From NCBI RefSeq assembly GCF_009914755.1, contig NC_060929.1: a stretch of DNA of 64,000 nucleotides; one strand, given 5' to 3'. Position numbers and translations under genes: made by a program. This document shows positions 22,957 through 36,106 of the stretch, in pieces; the first letter of the stretch is position 1, and the number at the start of each line of letters is the position of its first letter. The notes beneath the pieces were generated by a model. It did no database searches, was not told the origin of the DNA, and saw nothing but the letters and a program-made list of their open reading frames with translations. Origin of the DNA: the human T2T-CHM13v2.0 reference genome, Homo sapiens.

Positions 22957-23010
22957 AATGCAATCAAAATTAAATGCAATGAAAATTAAATGCAATCAAA
23001 ATTAAATGCA
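22957..23010. repeat. 16-bp tandem repeat, about 3.3 copies
   Basis: (aatgcaatSaaaatta)3 followed by aatgca. Confidence 0.85.
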
Positions 23011-23049
23011 CAATTCTAATTTTGATGACTTTAGTCCCTGCTTATCTGT

Positions 23050-23405
23050 TATATTAGGCTGTTCTTGTATTGCTATGAAGAAATATCTGAGACTGGATAT
23101 TATAAAAATGTTTAATTGACTCACAGTCCTGCAGGCTGTACAGGAAGCACAGTGGCATCTTCTTCTGGAGAGGCCTCAGGGAGCTTTTACTCATGACAGA
23201 AGGCAAAGCAGGAGCAGGCACTTCACATGGTGAAAGCAGGAACAAGAGAGAGAGAGTGTGTTGGGGTAGGTGCACTACCATGGAGACAGCACCAAGTCAC
23301 GAAGGATTCGACCTCATGATCCAAACACTTCCCACCAAGCTCCACCTTCAGCACTGGGGATCTGGTTTCAACATGAGATTTGGGCGGGACATCCAAACTA
23401 TATCA
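23050..23405 (-). mobile_element. MST solo LTR
   Basis: tattaggctgttcttgtattgctatgaagaaatatctgagactgg...catccaaactatatca. Confidence 0.8.
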
Positions 23406-24099
23406 TCTGTCTCCCTCATCCAAGACCATGTGATCCGTAGCTCACTTTTGTCTAGCAACAGATTAAATACAGCATTTTCTGTGTGATATCTTTGTTGAGG
23501 TCTTTGCAGATGGCTGTTTCTTTGTCCTGAAACTTTCTTCATCTGCTCTTTCAAAATGAGTGACTCTTCATCCTCGAAGTCTATGCTTATATATTGCTTT
23601 TCAGAGGAATCTTTTCTGAACTGGGCATTCTGCCTTCAACCAACTATTTTCTATTATAGTTTCCTGTTTGTGAGTTAATAGTCCTTTTGAAAATTTGACT
23701 ACTCATTTACCTTCTTGGGTTATTTGAAATTATCTCCTCTTCACTAGATTCTATAGAAGCATAGCCATGCCTGCCCTCTTTACTGTTTCTCTACTGACTT
23801 GTTGCAATGAATATTGTCAGTAAACATGGAAATAAATCAGTTATTCAGATATCCTACCTTGGTGCTTGCTTAGTTAACTCCACACTGTGATGCCTAATGA
23901 CCTACACAGGGCTTTCTAGCAAGGAGTGACTTTCTTTCTGCTACGTGTAATAATGATCCGTCAACTTAAACATATAGTTATATTTCCAGCAGACGGTTTC
24001 TTGAAACTAATGTCCAGGGTGTAGTTATTCAAAAAAGCAAACTCTTCTCTTGATTTCTGCCATACATTGGTACTCTTTCTCTCTCCCTTTTTTATTTTA

Positions 24100-24389
24100 T
24101 TATTTTTTTTTGAGACAGAGTCTCACTCTTTCACCCAGGCTGTGGTGCCATCCCAGCACACCCTGCAACCCATTGCCTCCCAGATTCAAGCGATTCTCCT
24201 GCCTCAGCCTCCCTAGTAGCTGGAATTACAGGCATGTGCCACCATGCCTGACTGATTTTTTGTATTTTTAGTGGAGACGGGATTTCACCATGTTGTTCAG
24301 GCTGGTCTCAAACTCCTGACCCCTAGTGATCCATCTGCCTCAGCCTCCTAAAGTGCTGGGATTACAGGCGTGAGCCACCCCGCTCGGCC
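24100..24389 (-). mobile_element. AluS
   Basis: Antisense Alu; tactcttt occurs on both sides. Confidence 0.88.
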
Positions 24390-24474
24390 TACTCTTTTAT
24401 TTCTGTTTTGTCTTTCCTTTCTCAAGAAAGAAAACAAACCAAAACCAAAACAGTTTGGAAGACTTTATAGTATT

Positions 24475-24845
24475 CATCCATACAAAAGAACAAGATCATG
24501 TCCTTTGCAGGAACATGGGTGGAGCTGGAGACCATTATCCTCAGCTCCACCCATCCTCAGCTCCCACTAACGCAGGAACAGAAAAACAAATGCAGCATGT
24601 TCTTATTTATAAATGTGAGCCAAGTGATAAGAACACATGGACTCATAGAGGAGAACACCACACACTCGGACCTACCTGAGAGTAGCGGGTGGGAAAACGG
24701 AGAGGTTGAGGAAAAGTAACTAATGGGTACTAAGCTTAATACCCGGGTGACAACATAACCTGTACAACAAATCCCCATGACACGAGTTTACCTGTATAAC
24801 AAACCTGCACGTGTACTGCTGAACTTAAACTAAAAGTTAACAAAA
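24475..24845 (+). mobile_element. Older L1PA 3-prime end
   Basis: gatcatgtcctttgcaggaacatgg...ccccatgacacgagtttacctgtataacaaacctgcac. Confidence 0.85.
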
Positions 24846-25132
<287 letters not shown>

Positions 25133-25586
25133 AACAAAACGTTCTTCTCTAGTTCTAAAGCACCAACACAGAGGTGATCAAAATACTCTAAGAAGCACTG
25201 GGAAACATTGAGGGGATGGTTCAAACATCAGAGCTAAGGCCTAATTTCCCAACAGTCATTATTTCTGTGGTATTTTGCATATTAGAGACGTATAGGTTCC
25301 TCACCTAATCCTTGTTTTTTCATTTTATTTTTAATACATATGAAAGTCATAATAACAAAAAAAATTCATACATCAGCAGCTCAGCTAGAAATAAAAGTCT
25401 CAATCTACTGGAAGCCCCTGTGAACTTGTATCAAATTCCTTTCTCTCTTCATAGAGGAAATAATGACTCCCAAAATGTGGTAATGAACAAATATCTCTAA
25501 TTGTTTAAAATTTAGTATATGTGCAAGTCTCCACAGACACAATCATGATCATATATTTTTAGAAGTTAAAAACGTGTCTATCATCA

Positions 25587-25874
25587 GGGCGTGGTGGTTC
25601 ATGCCTGTAATCCCAGCACTTTGGGAGGCCTAAGTGGGTGGATCACCTGAGGTCAGGCGTTCAAGACCAGCCTGGCCGACATGGTGAAACCCTGTCTCTA
25701 CTAAAAATACAAAAGTTAGCCAGGCGTGGTGGAGGGTGCCTGTAATCCGAGCTACTCAGGAGGCTGAGGCAGGAGAATTGCTTGAACCCGGGAGGCGGAG
25801 GTTGCGGTGAGCCAAGACCACGCCACTGCACTCCAGCCTGGACAACAGAGCAAAAACTCCGACTCAAAAAAAAA
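25587..25874 (+). mobile_element. AluS
   Basis: Alu dimer; gtgtctatc repeated on both flanks. Confidence 0.9.
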
Positions 25875-26809
25875 GTGTCTATCTACCTTCTGCTTTATTT
25901 TGTTTTATATGACATTGATGATGTCCATCTATGTTGGCCCATATAATTCTTATCAATTATTTTAAATGCTGTTTAGCATTGTACTATATAAAAATATCAA
26001 AACACAGCTCCCTTTTGTTCATTATATTGCCATTTAGTTTTTTTCTCATTTTTTGCTATTTCAACAAAAAGCTGCTATGAATGTGTATGTGTGTATATAT
26101 ATATTAAATGTGTATATATATGAATGTATATATATATACACATATATATGTCAGAGTTTCTCTAGGCTATAAACCCAGGAACAAAATTTAAAAATCATAG
26201 GGTGTATTGGATCTTACATCACTGCAGACCCTCTCAGCATTACCTCTTGTTCCAGTCAGAGCCTTGGTTACTATTTTTATGTAGACTTTGGTCAGTTTCA
26301 TAAAGATGGAAGTGATAGTATGTGGCTTCAGACCAGAGCAAGAATTCACTTTCTGCTGTGGGATTTCTCAGACAATGTTGTGTGGATTGTTGTAGGCATT
26401 TTGCTTGTTACTCATAAATGCACTGTCTAGACACATCGAGAAGTTAGCATCCATGAGGCTATGCTTGAAAAATGGAACTCCTAGAGCTGATGGATACATA
26501 TTTCCCCCGTTGTTTCACTTCAGTGAATGGTCATATAGTATTCCATCACCTAACTTAATAATGTGTTCTAGATTTTACTCTCTCTCCCTATAGCACCCAT
26601 CCTGTTTCTTATTCTTACTCCACAATACACTCCCAACTTAAACACACAGTCTCTTCTTTAGGTGTTGGGGGTTGGGAGTTATTACAAGATGACATGGTGT
26701 ATGCATTTATTTCTTTGTCTACGTTGATTGCACTGATTTACAGTCTCACCAGCAGTTCATAAAATCCTTCCTTGCAGCTAAGATATGGGCACAAGACTAA
26801 AATTTATAT

Positions 26810-27670
26810 CTTTAGCTGATATCTCATTCCTGAACACTCATCTCATTTGCGACTGCCTTGAATATCAAATAGGCATCTCAACCTTAGTAAGTAAAAGAGA
26901 ATTCTTTATCTGCATCCTGCCAATCCTGCTTCTTTCCCAGTAATTTTTCACTCAGTAATTTGAGCCATTATTAATCTATTTTCTAAAGCTTCAAAACATG
27001 GAGTCATTACCAGCTGTTTTATATACACCATTCCAAGCCATTAGAAAGTCAATTCCATTTCACCTGGAAGTTTATTGCAAATTTGACAATTGTCTCTTAC
27101 ATGAACTACTAAAATAGCTTCTCAGCAGCATCTGTGTGCTGCCATTATCCATCCTTCCTCCAGTCTCTTCCCCACCAGGCAATGGAAGTCATCTCTGGCA
27201 ATATAATGCATTTCACATTAGTTTCATTTTTCCAGCTGAAAATCTCAAAAGTATTTCATTTACATGCCTAATAAAAGCTAAAGATATAATCTTGCTCAGA
27301 ACTATAAGCTGGCTTCTCCACCTACCATTATCCTTTGCCTTGATTACTCTGCTCTATATCATCATCTTGCATACCCTAACACATGACTTTTATACTCATT
27401 GCTCCATCTGTTATAAACATACTGATAAATAATGTTTCCTCTTTAGCAGTGATTTCCTGATCTAATCAATATTTTGGTATCATATAAACTCATTGGATTA
27501 TTAGTGATTATCACTAACCTGCTATCATACAATACACATTTAATTTCTTTTCTCCTTGTTTATTGTCTAAACTGCTAGGTAGAAGGGCACTTTATCTATT
27601 CTTATCACAAACGTAGGACAACGGCTAGCACAAGGTTAGGAACTTACACGCTATTCGATTAATTGTTGTT
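26810..27670 (-). mobile_element. L2 remnant
   Basis: ttgaatatcaaataggcatctcaacctta...tcctgcttctttcccagtaa motifs. Confidence 0.5.
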
Positions 27671-28255
27671 TAATAATTGATTAAAAACTCCAGAACTTTG
27701 GGTTCCATTCTTATGATGACAATAATATAATGCTAGGGATGCCAAGTGAATAGCAAGTTTAACCAAGTTATCCTGTATGGGGAGCCACAGTTACTTAAAA
27801 TGTCTGACAATCCACAGTCCTGGTGATGATGTGGAATATCACTCTCTTAATCAATGCAAACAATTTATTTAATAGTCATAGTGCTAAAGATGGCATGCCC
27901 TCCAAATGAGCAATTGCACTCTTGGTTATGCATTTATATGAATATGTATATAGGAATAGTCATGATAAAACTACTAATTATTATAAAATTTTTGGAAAAA
28001 GCATAACTATTAAAAATGAAATTGGTAACTTAAGACTACTCAATACATCAGTAAAAATGAATGAACTAAGCAAAAACATGGATGAATTTCAAAAACGAAA
28101 TTTATTTTCATTATTTATTAAGAAAGAAAATTTGCACTGTTTTCAAGTCTAATACCAAACAGAACTAAATGGTATTTCTGGATAAACAAATTAGAAAATA
28201 AAATTATGAAAAATGCAAGAAAAAAATTACCACAAAATTTGGGATAGAAGTTACA

Positions 28256-28438
28256 TTAAGAGATGGCATGGTCTTATACAAAGAAAACCCTAAAGACTCT
28301 GAAAGACTCCTAGACTTGGCAAATGACTGCAATAAAGTTTCAGAATACAAAGTCAATGTCCAATAGTCAGTAGTATTTCTATATAGCAATAATATTCAAG
28401 CTGAGAACAAAATCAAGAACTCAATCTCATTTACAATA

Positions 28439-28476
<38 letters not shown>

Positions 28477-29480
28477 ACTGAGAAATACGTTTAACCAAGG
28501 AGGTAAAATATTTCTACAATAAGAACTACAAAAGATGGGTGGAAGAAACCTGAAATAAAACAAACTAATGGAAAAATATCCCATGTTCATGGATTAAAAA
28601 AAATTAAAAATGACCATGGTGTCCAAAGCAATCTAAAGATTCAGTGCAATTTCTATCAAACTACCAATGTCATTTTTCACAGAATTAGAAAACAACAATC
28701 CCAAAGTGTATATGAAATTCTGAATTGAAAAAATGACCCAGATAGCCAAAGCAATTCTAAGCAAAAAGAACAAAGCTGGAGTCAGCACTTCACCCCATTT
28801 CAAATTATACTACAAACCTATAGTAACAAGAACAGCATGGTACCAATACAAAAACAGATACATAGTTTAATAAAATTAAATAGAGAACCAAGAAATAAAG
28901 CCACATACCTACAACCAACTAATCTTCAACAAAGCGTGCACAAATAAACAATGTGGAAAGGATACCTTTTTCAATAAATTGTACTAGAAAAAATGGATAT
29001 CCGTATACACAAGAGTAAAACTGGATTCCTATATCTCACCATATATAAAAATTAACTCAAGATTGATTAAATACTCAAATGTAAAAACCTATACAATTCC
29101 TAGAAGAAAACCTAGGAAAACTTTACTGAATATCAGCCTTGACAAAGAATTTATGACTAAGTCATCAGAAGCAAATGAAACAAAAATAATAATAGGCAAA
29201 TGGGACCTAAGTAAACTAAAAATCTTCTGCACAGCAAAGGAAATAATCAACAGAGTAAACAGGCAACCTACAGAACAGGAGAAAATATTCACAAATTATG
29301 CATCTAACGAAGTACTAATATCCAGAATCTACATGGAACCCAATAAATAATAAACACATTATGTCATTACAAAGTAGGCAAATGACATAAACAAACATTT
29401 ATCAAAAGAAGACATGCAGGTTGCCAACAAACATTAAAAAATACTCAAGATCACTGATGATCATAGAAATGTAAATCAAT
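28256..29480 (+). mobile_element. Degenerate L1 ORF2 segment containing (CA)n at ~28440-28475
   Basis: gaaaaccctaaagactc, gcaaaaagaacaaagctgga, ttctgcacagcaaaggaaataatcaacagagtaaacagg; ORF 29063..29350 is L1 ORF2-like. Confidence 0.9.
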
Positions 29481-29489
29481 ATTGAAGTG

Positions 29490-29867
29490 TGTATTAGTCT
29501 GTTCTCATGCTGCTATGAAGAAATACCCGAGACTGGGTAATTTATAAGGAAAAGAACTTTAATGGACTAACAGTTCCGTACGGCTGGGGAACATTCAGGA
29601 AACTTACAATCATGGTGGAAGGGGAAGCAATCAAGTCCTTCTTCACATGGCAGCAGGAAGGAGAAGAATGACAGCCGAGCAAATGTGGAATCCCCTTATA
29701 AAACCATCAGATCTTGTGAGACTCACTCACTATCACAAGAACAGCACGGAGGGTAACCGCCCTCATGATTCAATTACCTCCCACCAGGTGCCTCCCATGA
29801 CACATGGGGATTATGAGAACTAAAATTCAAAATGAGATCTGGGTGGGGACACAGCCAAACCACATCA
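29490..29867 (-). mobile_element. THE1 solo LTR
   Basis: tgtattagtctgttctcatgctgct...gggtggggacacagccaaaccacatca. Confidence 0.9.
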
Positions 29868-30278
29868 AAAAGTGATTCATTTGACATGGTCTTCCCTATC
29901 TTCTCTCATTTAGGGTAACATTATTTCCTTGAATCAAAAGGGTATCCCTGTAGACTTTGAGTTCATCTTGACATCTTTGAACCATGGATTATCAATTTGC
30001 AAATGTTATTTGTTGAATTATTGAGCTATATTCCTTGACATGCTTTTAAGAATGATATTTTCATTAAAATAAATGAGGGACTCATCCTAATATTTAGGAA
30101 GATTTCTCAACATCATCACATACAATTATGAATTATTATGGACACAACAGTGGTAGTTTGGATTTTTATTGTGGTTAAACTTTTAGAAAGTACAAAGTAT
30201 TCATAAATCTACATTTTAATATTTTATAATTCAAATGAATTTTAAGTAACTATTTTGATATTCTATAAATAAAAATGT

Positions 30279-31460
30279 CACCTATACTATATAAGGATTC
30301 ACTCACTTCTCTCTGCATTCTCATCAATACCTGATGTGTTGTGACTTTTAAAAACTAGCCATTCTGACTAGTATAAGGTGACATTTCGTTGTGGTTTTAA
30401 TTTTTATTTCTCTGATGATGAGACTGAGCATTATTTCATATGTTTGCTGTCCACTTGTATGTCTTCTTTTGAGAAATGCCTGTTTATGTACTTTGTCCAT
30501 TTTTTAATGGGGTTATCTATTTTGTTGTTGTTGTTGAGTTGTTTGAATTTCTTGTCGATTCTGGATATTAGTACTTAGTTGGATGCATAGTTTGCAAATA
30601 TTTTCTCACATTCTTCAGGTTATCTGTTTTCTCAGTTATTTCTTTTGCTGTGCAGAAACTTTTTTGTTTAATTAAGTCCCATTTGTCTACTTTTGTTTTT
30701 GCTAAATTTGCTTTTGAGGTCTTAGTCACAAATTTTTTGCCAAGGCCAATGTCTAGAAGAGTTTTTCCAGGTATTCTATGAGTACTTTTATATCTTCAGG
30801 TATTATATTTAATTCTTCAATTCATCCTGAGTTAATTTTGTGGATGGCAACAGATAGGGGCCCAGTTTTATTCCTCTGCATGTGGCTTTCCAATTTTCCC
30901 TGCACTATTTATTGAAGGGGATATCCTTTTCCCAGTGTATGTTTTTTTCAATGTTGTCAAACATCCATTGACTGTAGGTAGGTCCCTTTATAAATATCCA
31001 CTAATAAAGTGACAAAGTGCCTTTGTCACTTTATTCCTGGAATTTCTATTTTGCTCTATTGAGTATTGTGTCCATTTTTATATCACTATCATATTGTTTT
31101 TGTTACTATAGCCTTATAGTATAATTAGAAGGAATGTAAATTTGTCCCACCTCTATTAAAACAGTATGAAAATTTTTTCAAGTATTAAAGAGCCACAATT
31201 CACTCTATCAATCCTATACTGGGTGTATACCCAAAAGAAAAAATATCATTATACCAGAAAAGATATTTGCACTCATTTATTTATAGCAGCAATATTCATA
31301 ATACCAAAGATATTGAATCAACATGTGTCCATCAACAAATAACTGGATAAAGAAAATGATGTGATATACATATATACATATATACACACACATACACGCA
31401 CAATGAATACTACACAGCTATAAAAAATAACATCATTTCACTTGCAGCAATATGGAAGGA
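30279..31460 (+). mobile_element. L1 with 5-prime inversion (30279-31130 inverted, 31131-31460 direct)
   Basis: Antisense ORF2 segment followed by sense ggaatgtaaa...; the two parts are contiguous in L1 coordinates. Confidence 0.8.
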
Positions 31461-31476
31461 TAATTTTACACTTTAT

Positions 31477-31665
31477 GTCTTAGTCTGTTTTGTGCTGCTG
31501 TAACAAAATACCTGAGACTGGGTAATTTATAAAAAATAGAAAATTATTTTCTGATAGTTCTGTAGGCAAGGAAGTCAATGATCAAGATACCAGCATGTAA
31601 TGAGGGCCTTCTGTTGCACTCTCAGATAGCATTAGTTTAAATGGCAAGAGAAAGGCAGAACTCTA
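31477..31665 (-). mobile_element. MST-type LTR fragment
   Basis: tgtcttagtctgttttgtgctgctgtaacaaaatacctgagactgggtaatttataaa. Confidence 0.7.
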
Positions 31666-33282
31666 TTTGAGAGGGCTGTTGCAACCTTACAGCATGATAC
31701 ATCTTGTGAAATATGGTTTTGAACATTTTTATTAAAAATGTAGGCATCAAAATCTCTACCATTTGTGTCATGTTATAATAATAACTATAAAACTGCATTA
31801 TTCAGAATATGTAACAATAAAAATTAATATTAAAAAGTTTTAAAATGTATTTGCTTTTGCATATATCGTTTCTATTGATCATAACAACCAGATGTGATAA
31901 CCAGGGCCAGATATTTCTACTGTTATCATTAGAAATCAAAGAAAACTAACATATTGGATGGTTTTAAAAATTATAAAAATTGTAAGTGTACATATAAATA
32001 TTAACTTGTAAGTCATCTTGCAAGTATTATAATCAGATTTCATTTTCAAATCGTGATGAATCTAACATGATACCTAAGTTTGTATATTGAACAATGTGTA
32101 TACATGTGCACACACTTTTAATTTATATTTTTCTCATTCTGAGTGATAATGCAGCAAAATTTAAAGAGATTACACTATAATTATGTTTAAAATCTTACTT
32201 GTACTTTTGAAACAAATCACAGGTTGAGTCATGATAACAGGACAAAATATACTTAGCTGCTGAATATAAACAAAGTATACAGAAGCGTAAATCTTGCGAG
32301 CACAAAAGTGTTAAAAACAGCAAGATCTAGAGGCTCAAGTACAAGAGAGATATATTATACCAAGAGCAGTAATCTCAAAAATTTATATCCCAAATGTGTA
32401 GACTTGATCTTATTTTCAGTCAGTGTGTTCTGTATGGAAGATGAACATGCTCCTGACAACGGAGTATGATTTAGAAAACTATATCCTGCACAGAGGGATA
32501 TAAAATGTGATTATATACTGCACTTCTGTGCAAAATTTTAAACAGAATTTAATCAATCACTTTGAAACCTAGATGTATTTGTGGAACAATGACATCACTT
32601 TGAAATTATGTGTAGTTTGTAAATGCACAAAATTAATAATGTATTTTGTGTAAATGGATTACTTTGGAAAGAAACTCATAAGAACTACATTATCAGACAA
32701 AACATTCTTTGAAAATGTGTGTGCTACAAGGCAATTTGCCATTTCATTTTAATAGAATGTTCCATGCTGAAAATGTCTAACTGCTCAGAAGTGGAATAGG
32801 AGTGTAAATTTATTATCTGAGAAAAGAAAATTAATTGACACAGGCCAAAAATGTAATGGAATTAGACCCATGTGCCTTAGTGAGAACTTAGGAACTCGAT
32901 CTGGGCTCTATGGAGTGACAAAATTATGCAAAAAAAAAATGAAGTATGTCATTTTTGCACAAAGCTCAGGATTTCTCAAAGGAATATTACATAAAATAAT
33001 GAAGTCTCCTTTATCTCCAAGACAGTCCAGTCTTAGAACGCAATGGAACATGCCATTTGAAATAAAAAACAAATTTTGTTTTTGTTTTGTTTAGTTATGT
33101 TTGGTGCTATTTTAAGTATTTAACATTCATAAAGAGAGAATTAGCAATTAATGAGATAAAGTTTAAAAAAAATCGAGATCAGGACAAGGTAAAAAAAAAT
33201 CATTCAGTCTTGCAAATCTGTTATTTAATAGGTCATGTTTTAAGAACTGGGAATACAGATACTACGTGTATTTTAAATAGAA

Positions 33283-33640
33283 AATTTGAAATGTACAAGA
33301 AGTCATTTTTAAATATAGTCACTCTGCTATAAAGTCAATCTCTAAAACTCAATCTTTGTGTCTAACTGAAACTGTACCCTGTGAACAACATCTCCCCATT
33401 CCCTATCCCTTGCCTCCAGCATTAACTAGCATTCTACTCTCTACTTTTAAGGGTTTGCCTTTTTTCGATTGCTAAAAAGTCTATTTTCAGTGTTCTCACA
33501 ACAAAAAGATAAATATGTGACATAAGAGATGTGTTAAGCAGCTTGATTTAATCATTCCACAATATAAATATATACGAAGACATAATACTGTACCCCTCAA
33601 AACAATTATTATTTGTTTATTTAAAACATTTAAAAACAAA
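33283..33640 (+). mobile_element. L1MA 3-prime end with 5-prime inversion
   Basis: Antisense tctaactgaaactgtaccc block, then sense attgctaa...gttctcacaacaaaaagataa...cttgatttaatcattccacaat terminus. Confidence 0.7.
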
Positions 33641-33864
33641 AAATGAGACAAATATCAGGAAAGTAATTTTATACATAAGCTAGATAATTGCCTATAGCTG
33701 CGTATGCTGTGAAATAATTTCTGTTTGAAAAGACAGGAAAAATTATATGGCAAAACCATAGTGCAGTAATAAATTTGCCATGTTTAGTAAACAAAATATA
33801 GTTCAATGTGACTGAAGCATACCAAGAGGCAGAAGAATGTGGTGTACACTGTAGTGTAGAGGAG

Positions 33865-36106
33865 TGTCTTAGTTTGGGCTGCTATACAAAATACCATAGA
33901 TTGAGTGGCTTACAAATAACAAAAAAAGTATTTCTTACTGTTCTAGGGGTTGGAAGTCCAAAGTCAGAGTGCCAGGATGTTCTGGTTTTGGGGAGGGCCC
34001 TTTTGCGGTTGCAGACTGTTGGGTTTTTGTATAAGCACATGGGGAAAGAAGTGAGAGCTCTCTTAGGTCCCTTTTATAAGAACACTAAGCCTATTCATGA
34101 GGCCTCTACTATGACAACCTAATTACCTCCTGAAGGTCCCACTACTAATACCATTACATTGACAGTTACGATTTCAATATACAGATTTTGAGGGTACACT
34201 TTAAAAATTCAGTCCGTAACATTCTGCCCCAGGTTCCCCAAAATTCATGTCTTCACATGCAAAATGCAGTCATTCCATTCCAACAAATCCACAAATCTTA
34301 ACTCATTCCAGCCTCAAGTCCAGTCTAAAGTCCAAGGTCTTATTTAAATATTACCTAAATCAGATGCAGGTGAGCTTCACGGTACAGTTCATTCTCACAA
34401 AATTTCTCTTCATCTGTGAACCTGTGGAATCAAACAACATGAACTCTCAAAATACAATGGTGAGACAGGCATAGGATAAACATTCCCATTCCAAAAAGAA
34501 CCACTATTCGAAAAAAATAAAATATATGAATGCTGGATCCCAAGTAAATCTAAAACCTAACAGGGCAAACTCCATCAAACCCTAAGGTTCAAGAAGCATC
34601 CTCTTTGGCTTGATGACTCACCTTCCAGACAGTCCCCGACAGCTCAGTGAGGCACTGCTCGCTGCTGACTCTATGCACTGGACCCACTTATGGCACAGTC
34701 TTTTGTCAGGGCTGAGGTCACTCACCCAGGGCTTCACTGGATGGCCCTCCCACACAGCTCCTCTGAGCATCATTTCTGTCCTTTGAAATCAAAATGGAGG
34801 CAACCTTGGCCCACCTTGCCATACCCTCTGGATTTTTGGTAAAAGCAGCAGCTGTAATTGTCTCCAAATCCCCTTTGCGCCCCTTCTTCCGTAATTTTGA
34901 AGGAGAGAATAGCACACATCCACAACTGAATAGCTCTCGGGTCCGGGCCTGTAGGGCTTAAGCATTCCGAATGTCTTCCTTTATTTCGTCCCATTATCTC
35001 TGTTTCCTTTAGTCCCAACTGGCAGTGTTTCTCCTGGTATAATCCCATTTCTAGTCATGGTTTGTGTTGAGATGTTTGATTAAGCCTGTGGTTCACACCC
35101 ATATTAATCAAATCAGTAAGGGTCCGAAACACTCTTCATGTTCTCTTCAGAACACACTTTCTCACTTTTTTTGCAATATGGACAGGCTGAGAATTTCCCA
35201 GATCTTAAATTATGGTTACTTTTTCCTTAACAATTCCATCTTCAAACCTTTTTCTTTTTCTACATTTGACTCTACGGATTCAGAAGGAACCAAGCTGCTG
35301 CTTCTACATGTTGCTGAGAAATCTGCTGGGTTAAATGTCCAATTTCACTGCACACAAGTTCCACCTTCCGCAAAACACAAGAGCATGAATACAATTCAAA
35401 GAAGTTTGTTTCCACTTTTCAACATGGATTGCTTTTGCTCCATTTTCCAATAACATTTTCATTTCCATTTGAGACTCCAACAGAATGACCTTTACTGTCC
35501 ATATTTTATCAATATTCTGTTCATGATTATTTAATTATTTTCTGAGAAGACAGCGTTTTCTTCTATATTTCTTTCCGAGCCCTCACGAGAATTGGCTTTT
35601 AAATTTCTTCCACAGTAATCTAGCATTTTGCATAAAACCTCATCAATCTCTGCCAATCACTGAGCCCAAAACCATTTTCACTTTGTTTTAGGTATTTATA
35701 ATAACAGCACTCCCACTTCTCATGATCAATTTCCATCTTCAGCGGTTCAGGCTGCTTTAATAAAGTTCCATAACCTGAGTGGCTTTTAAATAACGGAATG
35801 CACATCTCACAGTTCTGGAGGCTGGAAGTCCAACAGCAGAGTGCCAGCATAATTGGGTTCTGGTGAGAGAGCTCTCTTGGGTTTCAGACTGCTGCCTTCT
35901 CAATGCAGCTTCACATGGTGGACAGAAAGAGCTCTCAAGAGTCATTTTTAAGGGCACCAATCTAATTTATGAAGCCTCCACCATAATAAGCTAATTACTT
36001 CCCAAAGTTCATTATAAATATGCAGCTTATAGGTCCTGCTACCATCATACTGAAGGTTAAGTTTTCATCACATGAATTTTGAGGGGACACAACATTCAGT
36101 TGCAAC
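33865..36106 (-). mobile_element. Two-LTR MLT1A-like MaLR element (LTR 33865-34221, internal region, LTR ~35734-36106)
   Basis: Two related LTRs (ggctgct...ccata...gagtggctt...ggaagtccaa...) around a MaLR internal region starting ttctgccccagg...aaaattcatgtc. Confidence 0.7.

Noticed and set aside
22957-23010. Short periodic repeats (also 44590-44697) as a CRISPR-like array
   Set aside because: Head-to-tail units without unique spacers, no cas genes, and a primate context.
28256-29480. L1 ORF2-like peptides as a possible active reverse transcriptase
   Set aside because: Multiple stops and frameshifts, a (CA)n insertion and truncation.
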